From Planctomycetota bacterium (GTDB taxonomy: Bacteria; Planctomycetota; UBA11346): a stretch of 64,000 bases of DNA. Where the stretch lies: the NCBI GenBank assembly GCA_038231435.1, contig JBBRLJ010000009.1:59683-123682 (forward strand), given 5' to 3'. A program made the position numbers and the translations under genes. Shown one piece after another: positions 1-9,233 of the stretch. Numbering within the stretch: the stretch's first letter is position 1; every line of letters starts with the position of its first letter. The notes beneath the pieces are model-generated. The model ran no database searches, was not told where the DNA came from, and was given only the letters and a program-made list of their open reading frames with translations.

Positions 1-378
1 GGCCTGGGCGTCGAGTGGGCTGTCGCCGATGAACACCGCATCCGCAGCCGCGACCTTGAAATCCGCGAGCGGCAGGTCGAGGCGTTTGCGTTGCCGCTGG
101 TCCGGCAGCGCCTCGGAGGCGTTTCCAGCGTGGTAGATCGCCTGGAAGAAATGACGGATGCCGGCCTGCTTGAGCGTGCTGGCGATCAGCTCCTCGGTGG
201 CGTCGCTGATCACCACCACCGGCACCTTGAGATCGCGCACGAAGTGCTGCAGGAATTGCCCGATCCCCAGGCGAGGCGCATAGGCTCGGCCCTTGAGTTC
301 GACCAGGGTCTCGAAGCAATCCATCAGGATCAGCTTCACGCCCCGCGCGATCATGGTTTCGCCACCGAACTGCTGCAT
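1..378 (-). CDS. HAD-superfamily hydrolase (runs off window start; not in ORF track)
   Basis: Manual translation MQQFGGETMIARGVKLILMDCFETLVEL...VVVISD...AVFIGDSPLDAQA gives a HAD motif I-like (DxxxTL), motif II (S) and motif IV (GDSxxD). Alternative start at 354. Confidence 0.75.
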   Translation of the reverse strand, partial: MQQFGGETMIARGVKLILMDCFETLVELKGRAYAPRLGIGQFLQHFVRDLKVPVVVISDATEELIASTLKQAGIRHFFQAIYHAGNASEALPDQRQRKRLDLPLADFKVAAADAVFIGDSPLDAQA

Positions 379-517
379 CCATGCAGTGTCCCCAGGCGGA
401 GTCCGTTTCAATCCACTTTCGTGTCGAGACGTATCGCGGCGAGCGCCGATCCGGCACGATCGATCAACGTCAACTAAGGCCGGCGTGCGTGATCTAGGAC
501 TGCCGTCGAATCGCGTT

Positions 518-2032
518 TCAGTCCAATGACGCCTGTTCGCCGGTGCGGATGACATCCAGCACCTCGGCGGCGGTCTCGGCGTTCTTCAGGCGGTCCTCGA
601 CGTACTCGCTGTTCTCGAGGATGCCGGCGATGCGCGCCTGCAGGCGCTGATGGACGCGCGCCATGCCGGCCGGGGTGAGCAATACGAAGAGCAGATTGGC
701 GCGCTCGGTGGTGCCCTCGACCGGGATCCCCTGCTCGGAGCGGATGAACAGCAGCGCCGGTCTCGGCAGGCCGGGGATGCGCGCGTGGGGCAGGGCGACG
801 CCCTTGCCGAGGTAGGTGCCGGCGACGCGCTCACGCTCGAGCACCGCACGGATCACCGATTCGGTGTCGAGTCCCAGGTCGCCCTCGGGGATGCGTGAGA
901 GCGCCTGGCGGATCGCCGAGGCCAGCGAGCCGGCCTCGATGCCCAGGATGACACGACCGACGGTGATGACCTCGCCCAGCTGGATCGGCGTGTCGACCTC
1001 GAACTCGTCGGTGACCGTGCCGATGATCTCCTCGATGATGTCTTCCATGGTGATGAAGCCAGTCCAGGCGCCCTCGGCGCCGATGACGATGGCGACGTGG
1101 ATGCGCCGGCGCTGCATGTCGGCGAGCAGGTTCTCGAGCGCGGTGGACTCCGAGGTGATCAGGTACGGCCGCGCCAGCTTCATCAGATCGGGCTCGGGCA
1201 TCGGCTGCAGCAGCAAATCCTTCACGTGCACCATGCCGAAGGGTTTTTCGGCATGCTCGTTCTCGAGCAGCGGAAAGCGTGAGTAGCGATAGGCCCTCAG
1301 CACCTCGAGGTTCATCTCCCAGGGCGCGTGCAGGTGCAGGAAGCGCACGCTGGCACGGCGGCGCATCGCGTCCGCGACCTTGAGCTCGCCGAGCTCGAAG
1401 ATGTTCTCCATGAACAGCAGCCGACGGAACGACATGATGCCGGTGGACTGCGAGCGGTCGAGGATGATGCGCAGCTCATCCTCTGAATGCTGCTCGCCCT
1501 CGGCCTGGGGCTTGAGGCCGAACAGGCGCAAGATCACCTGCGAGGCACCGTTGAGGATCTTGAGCGGGACATAGAAGATGGTGCGCGAGATGCTCAAGGG
1601 CAAGGCCGTGAAGGTCGCCGCCTTGTCCGACAGGCGCAGCGCGACCAGCTTGGGAATCTGCTCGCCGAACAGGATGTGCACACCGGACACCACGAATACG
1701 CCGATCAGACTGGCGACGCCGTGTGCCCATTCATCGACGTGCGGCAGGCCGAGCTTCTCGATGTAGGGCTGCACGAGCATCTTCGCCATCGGCTCGCCGA
1801 CGAAACCGAGCGCGATCGAGGCGAAGGTGATGCCGACCTGGCAGACCGAGAGATACTCGTCAAGATTCTCGTTGATGTGCTGGACGAGCTTGGCGCGCGC
1901 GTTGCCTTGATTGATCAGCTCCTCGATCTTCGACGAACGCACCTTCACCGCCGCGAATTCGGCGAGCACGAAGAAGGCGTTCAGCAGCAGCAGGCACGCC
2001 GCGGCGATCAGATAGAGCATGACGGCGGTCAT
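518..2032 (-). CDS. Hemolysin/CNNM (DUF21)-CBS membrane protein with C-terminal PTS EIIA(Fru/Ntr)-like domain
   Basis: N-terminal 'NAFFVLAEFA..VR', 'GEQIPK', CBS pair ('YSRFP', 'GFITMEDIIEEIIG'), then 'ERERVAGTYLGKGVALPHAR', typical of EIIA-2 domains. Confidence 0.85.
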   Translation of the reverse strand: MTAVMLYLIAAACLLLLNAFFVLAEFAAVKVRSSKIEELINQGNARAKLVQHINENLDEYLSVCQVGITFASIALGFVGEPMAKMLVQPYIEKLGLPHVDEWAHGVASLIGVFVVSGVHILFGEQIPKLVALRLSDKAATFTALPLSISRTIFYVPLKILNGASQVILRLFGLKPQAEGEQHSEDELRIILDRSQSTGIMSFRRLLFMENIFELGELKVADAMRRRASVRFLHLHAPWEMNLEVLRAYRYSRFPLLENEHAEKPFGMVHVKDLLLQPMPEPDLMKLARPYLITSESTALENLLADMQRRRIHVAIVIGAEGAWTGFITMEDIIEEIIGTVTDEFEVDTPIQLGEVITVGRVILGIEAGSLASAIRQALSRIPEGDLGLDTESVIRAVLERERVAGTYLGKGVALPHARIPGLPRPALLFIRSEQGIPVEGTTERANLLFVLLTPAGMARVHQRLQARIAGILENSEYVEDRLKNAETAAEVLDVIRTGEQASLD

Positions 2033-2111
2033 CGGGGGGAGCAGTGTCGCAATCCCGCCCGAATGAGAAGAGCCGGCTTGTTAGTGCTTTGCTATACAGT
2101 GCTTACACAAG

Positions 2112-5039
2112 TCACAGCGCCATCGACCGAAGCGGTTCCTGCCAAGCCGCCTTGAGACCATCGATGCCGGCTGCGAGCGCCCCGCCCATCCCGCTGACCC
2201 GCAGTTCGCGGTGCGAGGCGACTTCGCCGACGGCCGCGTGCGGCACGGAACCCAAGAGCGCTCGCGCCTCGGCCAATCGCGCCGCTGGCACGGTGAGCAC
2301 GATGCGGCTGTTCGATTCGCTGAACAACAGCTGGTCGAGCCGTTCGAGACCCTTGGCGCGAGGGATCTTCGCGGCGTCGACGTCGAGACCGAACCCGCCC
2401 GCAAACGCCATCTCGGCGAGCGTGACGCCGAGACCGCCATCGGAGCAGTCGTGGGCCGCGGACACCACCCCGGCCCGGCAGCACGCAGCGACCGCGGCGA
2501 GCACCGGTTTCGACAGCGCGCGGTCGAGCTTCGGGATGAAGCCGCCGGACACGCCGAGCATGGCCAGGTACTCGCTACCACCCAGTTCGTCGCGGGTCTC
2601 GCCGACCACCACCAGCGCATCGCCCGGACGCTTCACGTCCATGGTGACCGCCTTGGTGCAGTCGGGCATGACGGTCATCGCGGTGATCAGGAGCGTATGC
2701 GGGATGCGGATGGTGCGTCCCTCGTAGGTGAACTCGTTCGAGAGGCTGTCCTTGCCCGAGATGAACGGTGTTCCGTAGTACATCGCGAGCTCGTAACAGG
2801 CCTGGCATGCGCGCACCAGGGCGCCGAATACGTCGGGGTCCGTGCATTTCGCCCAGCTGAAATTGTCGAGGATGGCGACGCGCTCGAGCGGCGCTCCGAC
2901 GCACGCGAGATTGCGCAGCGCCTCCTCGATGCCGGCGGCGGCGGCATGCCACGCGTCGACGTCCCCGAAGTTGGTGTTGAGCCCGCACGCCACCGCGACC
3001 CCGCGGTCGCTGCCGGGGCGCGGAGCCACCACCGCCGCATCGCTCGGGCCATCATGGGTCACGCCGACCAGCGGCTTCACGATCGAGCCCGCCTGCACCT
3101 CGTGGTCGTATTGGCGGATCACCCATTCCTTGCTCGCCACGTTGGGCCTGCCGAGCACGCGCGCGAGCGCCTGCCCCAGATCGGCTGGCGCGGCGAACGC
3201 CGCTGCCGCCTCGGGCTTGGGCACGAAGCGGGCCGATCTCTTGAGGCGCGGCACGCCATCGTGCAGGAAATGCATATCCAGGTCGCCGACCTGCTCGCCG
3301 TGGTAGCGCAGCTCGAGCCGGTGGGTGCCGGTGATCTCACCGATGTCGGTCGCGTCGACGCCCTCGGCGGCGAAGATCGCCAACGCCTTGGCGAGCATGG
3401 CGGTCGAGACCGCCGCAACCATGCGCTCCTGCGACTCGCTGATCCAGATCTCGGCGTAGCTCAGGCCCGCGTACTTCAACGGCACGCGATCGAGATGGAC
3501 GACGCAGCCGAGCTCGCCGGCCATCTCGCCGACCGCGCTCGACAGGCCGCCCGCGCCGCAATCGGTGATGGCGGTGAAGCAACCGGCGTCGCGCGCCTGC
3601 AGCATGGTGTCGAGGACCTTCTTCTCCTCGATGGCGTTGCCGATCTGCACCGCGCCGCTTGAGACTACCTCGGACTTGTCGGTGAGCTCGGCGCTGCTGA
3701 AGGTGGCGCCGTGGATGCCGTCGCGGCCGGTGCGGCCGCCGATCACCAGGATATGGTCGCCGATGCGCGCCGCCTTGTCGACCGCCGCGCGCGGGATCAG
3801 GCCGCCGGTCCCGCAGAACACCACCGGATTGCCGACGTAACGCTTGTCGAAGCGGATGGCGCCGTTGACGGTGGGGATGCCCATGCGGTTGCCATAGTCG
3901 CGCACGCCGGAGACCACGCCGCGCATCAGGCGGCGTGGATGGATGGTGCCGGGCGGCAGCGAATCGGCTTCCGCGTCGAGCTCGCCGAAGCAGAACACGT
4001 CGGTGTTGAAGATGGGCTTGGCGCCGATGCCGGTGCCGATGACGTCGCGCACCACGCCACCGAGCCCGGTGTTAGCGCCGCCGTACGGCTCGATCGCCGA
4101 CGGGCGGTTATGGGTCTCGACCTTGATGCAGACGCCGAAATCGTCGTCGTATGCGATGACACCGCTGTTGTCCTTGAACACCGACAAGCACCACGGCGCG
4201 GCCAGCTCGGTGGTGGCCCGGGCGATGGTCTGCTTGAGCAGGTTGTCGATCACCACGGTGCCATGCGGCCCAGGACGCCCGGCGGAATCGACCCCCTGCG
4301 GACCGGTGTATTCGACCAGACCCTTGAGGGTCTTGTGCACGCAGTGCTCGGACCAGGTCTGGGCAAGAGACTCGAGCTCGATGTCGGTGGGTTCGCGCTT
4401 GGCCTTGGCGAAGTGCGCCTGGATCTCGCGCATCTCCTCGAGGGTCAGGCTCAGGCAACCGTCGCGCGACAGCGCGTTCAGGTCTGCGTCGCTGAGATCC
4501 GACAGGCGGACCTCCGTGCGGACGTGTCGGTCCTGGGTGGCGGGCGAGCGCAGCCGGATCGGCTCGACCGGATCGATCGCGACCTCCTCGATGGCCTGGT
4601 TGGCCAGGCACTTCCATGCGAGCTGGCTGAGATCGCCGTCGCTGCCGCCGATCACCTCGAGGCGCGTTCCGACCCGCACCAGCGACAGCCGCATGCCCAG
4701 GTCGGCGGCACCCTTGATGATCGAGGCCTCGACCGGGTCCATGACGCCGGTCTTGCGCTGCACTTCGATGACGCGCCGCGTGGCGCCGGCAACGCTCCGT
4801 CCATTGCCGGCCGGAGCGATCGCGGCTCCGGCCACCACGGCGGTTTCGATCACCGGATCGCAGAGCAGGCGTTCGGCGAGCCGCGTGGCCGCCTGGCGAT
4901 CGATGTCGCCCTCGACCAGGTAGTAGCGGCTGCGGCGCAGGTCGGTCAGGCGATTGAGCCCGAGCAGCCGCGCCTCGCTGGCCAGGTGGTGGTCGTGGGC
5001 CGGCGCCGCCGGCAGGACATCGATGCGGAAGGTGGCCAT
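2112..5039 (-). CDS. purL: Phosphoribosylformylglycinamidine synthase PurL with N-terminal PurS-like extension
   Basis: 'QTWSEHCVHK', 'KVETHNRPSAIEPYGGANTG', 'DCGAGG', 'SESQERM', 'QYDHEVQ', 'ISGKDSL'. Start placed at ATG 5039. Confidence 0.95.
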   Translation of the reverse strand: MATFRIDVLPAAPAHDHHLASEARLLGLNRLTDLRRSRYYLVEGDIDRQAATRLAERLLCDPVIETAVVAGAAIAPAGNGRSVAGATRRVIEVQRKTGVMDPVEASIIKGAADLGMRLSLVRVGTRLEVIGGSDGDLSQLAWKCLANQAIEEVAIDPVEPIRLRSPATQDRHVRTEVRLSDLSDADLNALSRDGCLSLTLEEMREIQAHFAKAKREPTDIELESLAQTWSEHCVHKTLKGLVEYTGPQGVDSAGRPGPHGTVVIDNLLKQTIARATTELAAPWCLSVFKDNSGVIAYDDDFGVCIKVETHNRPSAIEPYGGANTGLGGVVRDVIGTGIGAKPIFNTDVFCFGELDAEADSLPPGTIHPRRLMRGVVSGVRDYGNRMGIPTVNGAIRFDKRYVGNPVVFCGTGGLIPRAAVDKAARIGDHILVIGGRTGRDGIHGATFSSAELTDKSEVVSSGAVQIGNAIEEKKVLDTMLQARDAGCFTAITDCGAGGLSSAVGEMAGELGCVVHLDRVPLKYAGLSYAEIWISESQERMVAAVSTAMLAKALAIFAAEGVDATDIGEITGTHRLELRYHGEQVGDLDMHFLHDGVPRLKRSARFVPKPEAAAAFAAPADLGQALARVLGRPNVASKEWVIRQYDHEVQAGSIVKPLVGVTHDGPSDAAVVAPRPGSDRGVAVACGLNTNFGDVDAWHAAAAGIEEALRNLACVGAPLERVAILDNFSWAKCTDPDVFGALVRACQACYELAMYYGTPFISGKDSLSNEFTYEGRTIRIPHTLLITAMTVMPDCTKAVTMDVKRPGDALVVVGETRDELGGSEYLAMLGVSGGFIPKLDRALSKPVLAAVAACCRAGVVSAAHDCSDGGLGVTLAEMAFAGGFGLDVDAAKIPRAKGLERLDQLLFSESNSRIVLTVPAARLAEARALLGSVPHAAVGEVASHRELRVSGMGGALAAGIDGLKAAWQEPLRSMAL

Positions 5040-5196
5040 TGGGGTGGCGTGAGTGTGTGGGCGTGGCGGGGTCGGCAAGCCGGGGTTCGGTACCAGGCCT
5101 GGCGATGTTCGGAATGCGCCTTTGTGATTGGTAGTCGCGCATCAGGGAGTTAGGTATTTCGGCAGCCCCGCACCGAAACCCCAGGCCCAACGTCCC

Positions 5197-6522
5197 ATGC
5201 CCGATCCCTTCAAAGCCTACGACATCCGCGGCCTCTACCCGCAGGAACTCGACGAGGATCTCGCCTACCACATCGGCAACGCCACCGCCCAGGTGCTCGG
5301 CCTGGCCGGCAAGCGCTACACCGTGGGCAGGGACATGCGCATGTCCGGCCCGATGCTCAAGGAAGCGCTGATCCGCGGCCTGGTGGACGCGGGGGTATCG
5401 GTGGTCGACGTCGGCATGCTCTCGACGCCAGCCCTGACCTTCGCGATGCACCATCTGGATACGGCCGGCGGAGCCCAGGTCACCGCCAGCCACAACCCCG
5501 CCCCCTACGGCGGCGTCAAGATCACCGGTCCCGGCTGGAAGCCGATCGGCGGTGGCAGCGGCATGGAGGAGATCGAGGCGCTGGCGCGCGCCAAGAAGGT
5601 CGTCAAGGCCGCGGGAGGCCGCATTGACGAGGCGCTCACCATCGACGCCTACGCGACCTTCCTCGCCAAGCTCTTCAAGCCCTCGCGCCCGCTCAAGGTC
5701 GTCGTCGATGGCGGCAACGGCATCATCGGCACGATGTTCCAGGCACTGTTGCCCAAGCTCACCGGCATCACCATCGTACCGATGTATTTCGATCCGGATG
5801 GGCGCTTTCCGCATCATGAAGCCAATCCCCTCAAGGAGGAGAACCTCAAGGATCTGATCGCGCGCGTGAAGCTCGAGAAGGCCGACTTCGGCGCCGGCTT
5901 CGACGGCGACGGCGATCGCTGCGCGCTCGTCGACGAGAACGGCAAGATCGTCCCCTGCGATCTCGCCACCGCGATCCTGGCCAAGCATTTCCTCACCACC
6001 GAGGGCCCCAGCGCGGTGGTCTACGATCTGCGCAGCTCGAAGGTGGTGCCGGAATACATCCGCTCGCTGGGTGGCACGCCGGTCGAGACCCGCGTCGGCC
6101 ACAGCTTCATCAAGAAGACCATGAAGGAGCACCACGCCTCCTTCGCCGGCGAGCTCAGCGGCCATTACTATTTCCGCGATTTCTTCGGCGCCGATTCGGG
6201 GCTCTACGCCTTCCTGCTGCTCGGCAACATCATCGCCTCGGCGACGAGCCTCAGCTCACTGGTCAAGCCGCTCGAGAAATATTTCCATACCGGCGAGATC
6301 AATTTCAAGGTCGCCGACGCGGCCGTGGTCATGCAGCGGATGCGCTCCATGCCCGGTGCCCAGGTCAGCGAGCTCGACGGTGTCACGGTGCGATTCGCGG
6401 ATTGGTGGTGCAATGTCCGCGCCTCCAACACCGAGCCGGTGGTACGTCTCAATCTCGAGGCCGACAGCGCGGCGTCGAGGGATGCCAAGCTCATCGAGGT
6501 GAGGAAGCTCATAACCGGGTAG
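5197..6522 (+). CDS. Phosphomannomutase/phosphoglucomutase
   Basis: 'FKAYDIRG', 'VTASHNP' phosphoserine loop, 'FDGDGDR', 'GELSGHYYF', 'RASNTEP'. Confidence 0.95.
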   Translation: MPDPFKAYDIRGLYPQELDEDLAYHIGNATAQVLGLAGKRYTVGRDMRMSGPMLKEALIRGLVDAGVSVVDVGMLSTPALTFAMHHLDTAGGAQVTASHNPAPYGGVKITGPGWKPIGGGSGMEEIEALARAKKVVKAAGGRIDEALTIDAYATFLAKLFKPSRPLKVVVDGGNGIIGTMFQALLPKLTGITIVPMYFDPDGRFPHHEANPLKEENLKDLIARVKLEKADFGAGFDGDGDRCALVDENGKIVPCDLATAILAKHFLTTEGPSAVVYDLRSSKVVPEYIRSLGGTPVETRVGHSFIKKTMKEHHASFAGELSGHYYFRDFFGADSGLYAFLLLGNIIASATSLSSLVKPLEKYFHTGEINFKVADAAVVMQRMRSMPGAQVSELDGVTVRFADWWCNVRASNTEPVVRLNLEADSAASRDAKLIEVRKLITG

Positions 6523-6606
6523 AATGTCCCCTCGCGGGCCGTGGCCGGCACAAGCCTGAGACGCCCCTGACGAGGAGGACCCATGTTACCGCTCCGTGCA
6601 GCCGAA

Positions 6607-7419
6607 TCAGGCCGGCAGCGTGAAGGTCACCGTTGCGCCTGCATTCAGCTGTCCGGCGATGGCTATCCGTCCGCCGTGCTGCTCGACGATCTTCTTGCAC
6701 AACGCCAGGCCGACGCCATTTCCCGGATAATCCTCGCGGGCATGCAGGCGCTGGAATATGTCAAAGACGCGTGCGCCGTCCGTGTCGACGATGCCGATGC
6801 CGTTGTCCGCGACCGTGAAAACCCATTCCCGATCCTGGCGCTTGGCCGAGATCCTCACCAGCGGCACCACGGACGGCGCTTTCGAGCGGAATTTCACCGG
6901 GTTGTCGATCAGCTGCTGGAACAAGGTGGTCAGCTGGGCGCGATCGGCCACGAGTTCGGGCAAACCTGGGGAGATCTCGACGACAGCCTTGGTGCGCGAA
7001 ATCGCTTCACCGGTCCTGATCACGGCCTCCTGGACCGCCTCGGCCACCTGCATGGGCGCCGGCTTCCGCCCAGTGCCGCAGCGCGAAAACGTCAGCAGGT
7101 CGTTGAGCAACTCGTCGATGCGCTGCGCCCCCGACATGACGAATCCGAAATACTCCTTCTGCCGATCGTCGAGCGCGGGGAGCTTGCGCTGCAAGAGGCT
7201 GAGGAAGCCGGTGATCATGCGCACCGGTTCGCGCAGATCGTGCGAGCAGATGTAGACGAACTTGTCCTTCTCGGCGTGGGCCCTCGCGACCTCGCCGCTC
7301 AAGCGAGCGATCTCCGCATCGGCGTCAACCGGCCCGGATTCGATGGGGACGGGCCCCTGCGACTCCACGCTTGGCGGAGGAGTCGCGGTGCTCGCTGATG
7401 AGATGATTCGCTGGGCCAT
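6607..7419 (-). CDS. Histidine kinase (HisKA + HATPase, phytochrome-kinase-like) with no recognisable input domain
   Basis: H-box 'SHDLREPVR', 'DNGIGI', 'FQRLH', 'GNGVGLA'. Alternative start at 7437. Confidence 0.9.
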   Translation of the reverse strand: MAQRIISSASTATPPPSVESQGPVPIESGPVDADAEIARLSGEVARAHAEKDKFVYICSHDLREPVRMITGFLSLLQRKLPALDDRQKEYFGFVMSGAQRIDELLNDLLTFSRCGTGRKPAPMQVAEAVQEAVIRTGEAISRTKAVVEISPGLPELVADRAQLTTLFQQLIDNPVKFRSKAPSVVPLVRISAKRQDREWVFTVADNGIGIVDTDGARVFDIFQRLHAREDYPGNGVGLALCKKIVEQHGGRIAIAGQLNAGATVTFTLPA

Positions 7420-7501
7420 GTTGTCGTCGGTCGTCAAAGCGACTTAAACCCATTGCCGGGAACGGGCAACGACCCGCAGGGGCAAGGCTCGACAAGAATC
7501 T

Positions 7502-9142
7502 TCAACGGGGCGCGCCAGCTGAGGCGACGTAGCCTGGAATCTTGCTCAAGTCGACCGGATCTATCTGTTCCGGGTTCAAGAACTTGCGTGCATAGACCAT
7601 ATGCACCCCTTCATTCAGGAACACATTGAAGAGATCCGGGTCGATGTGGCCATCCACGGCCATGCGCCCGAGGATCCCCAGGGCCATCGACAGCTTCATC
7701 GCCTTCTTGTAGGGGCGATCGTCCGCGGTGAGCGCCTCGAAGATGTCGGCGATGCCCATCACCCGCGCCTGCACCGACATCTGCTCGCGCTTGAGGCCCT
7801 TGGGGTAGCCCTTGCCATCCATGCGTTCGTGATGGCCGCCCGCGAACTCTGGCACGCGGCGCAGATGCTTGGGATACGGCAGCGCCTCGAGCATCTTGAT
7901 CGTCGCCACGATGTGGTGGTTGATGACGGCGCGCTCCTCGGGCAGGAGCGTGCCCTTGGCGATGGTCAGATTGCGCACCTCATTTTCTGTCAACAGCTGC
8001 TGGAGCGAGCCGTCGGGCGAGCGCCAGGTGCGGCTTGCGATGGCGCGTACCCGCTCCTGGTCCTCGGGCTTCATGAATTCGCCGCCAGTGTTCACGCGGC
8101 GGATGAAGGCGAGGTCCTCATCGAGCGAGGAGACCGCGGCTGCATAGGCTCCTGCCGCCGCGGCGGCGTCGATGCCCGAGGCGATGTGGCGGAGGTGCTC
8201 GATCTCGAGATCGCGCCGCACCACCTCGAAGCGGGTCTCGATCAGGCCAATGCGGTCGTAGATGGTTTGGAGCTTGGTGGCCTTGTCCATGATCGACTCG
8301 GGCGTGGTGATCTTGCCACAGTCGTGGATCCACGAGGCGATATGCAGTTCGTAGCGGTCGCCTTCGTTCATCGAGAAATCAGCGAGCGGGCCGCTGGTGG
8401 TGCGCGCGGCGGCCTCGGCGAGCATCATGGTCAGCTCCGGCACGCGCCGGCAGTGGCCGCCGGTGTACGGTGACTTCTCATCGATCGCGGTGGCGATCAG
8501 CTGCACGAATGATTCGAAGAGCTTGCGCATGCCCTCGATGAGTTCGTGCTTGGTCAGCGCCGTCGCCGCCTGCGAGGCGAGGCTCTCGACCAGGCGCTGA
8601 TCGGCTTCCGAGAACGCCACGATCCGCCCGTCGTCCGTGCGGGCGTTCAGGAGCTGCAGCACGCCGGTGATCTCGCCTTCATGGTTTCGCATCGGCACGG
8701 TGAGCATCGAAGTCGACCGGTAGCCGGTCTTCTTGTCGAACGCGCGCGTGCCGGCGAAATCGAAGCCCTCGGCATGGTAGGCATCGGGGATGTTGACGGT
8801 CATGCCGCTGAGCACGGTATGCGCCACCACCGACGCGTGGTTCGGCCCGCCGTCTTCGCGGCGCAGCGACAGCTGCTTGTAGGGTATCGACACGCCGCTC
8901 GAGCCCCCCATCACCAACCCGAGGGTGTCGTTGCGCAGCATCTCGAAGCGCAGCAGGCCATCGCTGGTAACCGAATAGACGGTGCCGGCGTCGGAATTGG
9001 TGATGTCCTTCGCACCGAGCAGGATCTGCTCGACCAGGCGCGTGGGGTCCTTCTCGGACGACAGGGCGATGCCGATGGCATTGAGCTTGTCGATGCGTCG
9101 CAGCAGTTGAGCGACGGCGGGAATATCGACGGCGGTGGCCAT
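7502..9142 (-). CDS. GAF + HD-GYP phosphodiesterase
   Basis: GAF ('FDKKTGYRSTSMLTVPM'), 'HDCGK', 'HHERMDGKGYPKG', 'ADIFEALTA.DRPYK'. Confidence 0.92.
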   Translation of the reverse strand: MATAVDIPAVAQLLRRIDKLNAIGIALSSEKDPTRLVEQILLGAKDITNSDAGTVYSVTSDGLLRFEMLRNDTLGLVMGGSSGVSIPYKQLSLRREDGGPNHASVVAHTVLSGMTVNIPDAYHAEGFDFAGTRAFDKKTGYRSTSMLTVPMRNHEGEITGVLQLLNARTDDGRIVAFSEADQRLVESLASQAATALTKHELIEGMRKLFESFVQLIATAIDEKSPYTGGHCRRVPELTMMLAEAAARTTSGPLADFSMNEGDRYELHIASWIHDCGKITTPESIMDKATKLQTIYDRIGLIETRFEVVRRDLEIEHLRHIASGIDAAAAAGAYAAAVSSLDEDLAFIRRVNTGGEFMKPEDQERVRAIASRTWRSPDGSLQQLLTENEVRNLTIAKGTLLPEERAVINHHIVATIKMLEALPYPKHLRRVPEFAGGHHERMDGKGYPKGLKREQMSVQARVMGIADIFEALTADDRPYKKAMKLSMALGILGRMAVDGHIDPDLFNVFLNEGVHMVYARKFLNPEQIDPVDLSKIPGYVASAGAPR

Positions 9143-9233
9143 GTGTGGTCGGACGCTCCGTGACTGGAATATCCGCAACCATGGTAGGAAGCCGGTGGGG
9201 GACGGCAATGCGCCGCCACCCTCCCGCGCCGGC

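Noticed and set aside
2211..6165. Long antisense and alternate-frame ORFs (e.g. 2211-3662, 3711-5153, 4108-6165, and many others in the track)
   Set aside because: Shadow ORFs expected in high-GC coding DNA; they overlap well-supported genes and lack motifs.
6523..6606. CTGACGAG as a hammerhead ribozyme core
   Set aside because: No matching GAAA core segment or three-stem arrangement.
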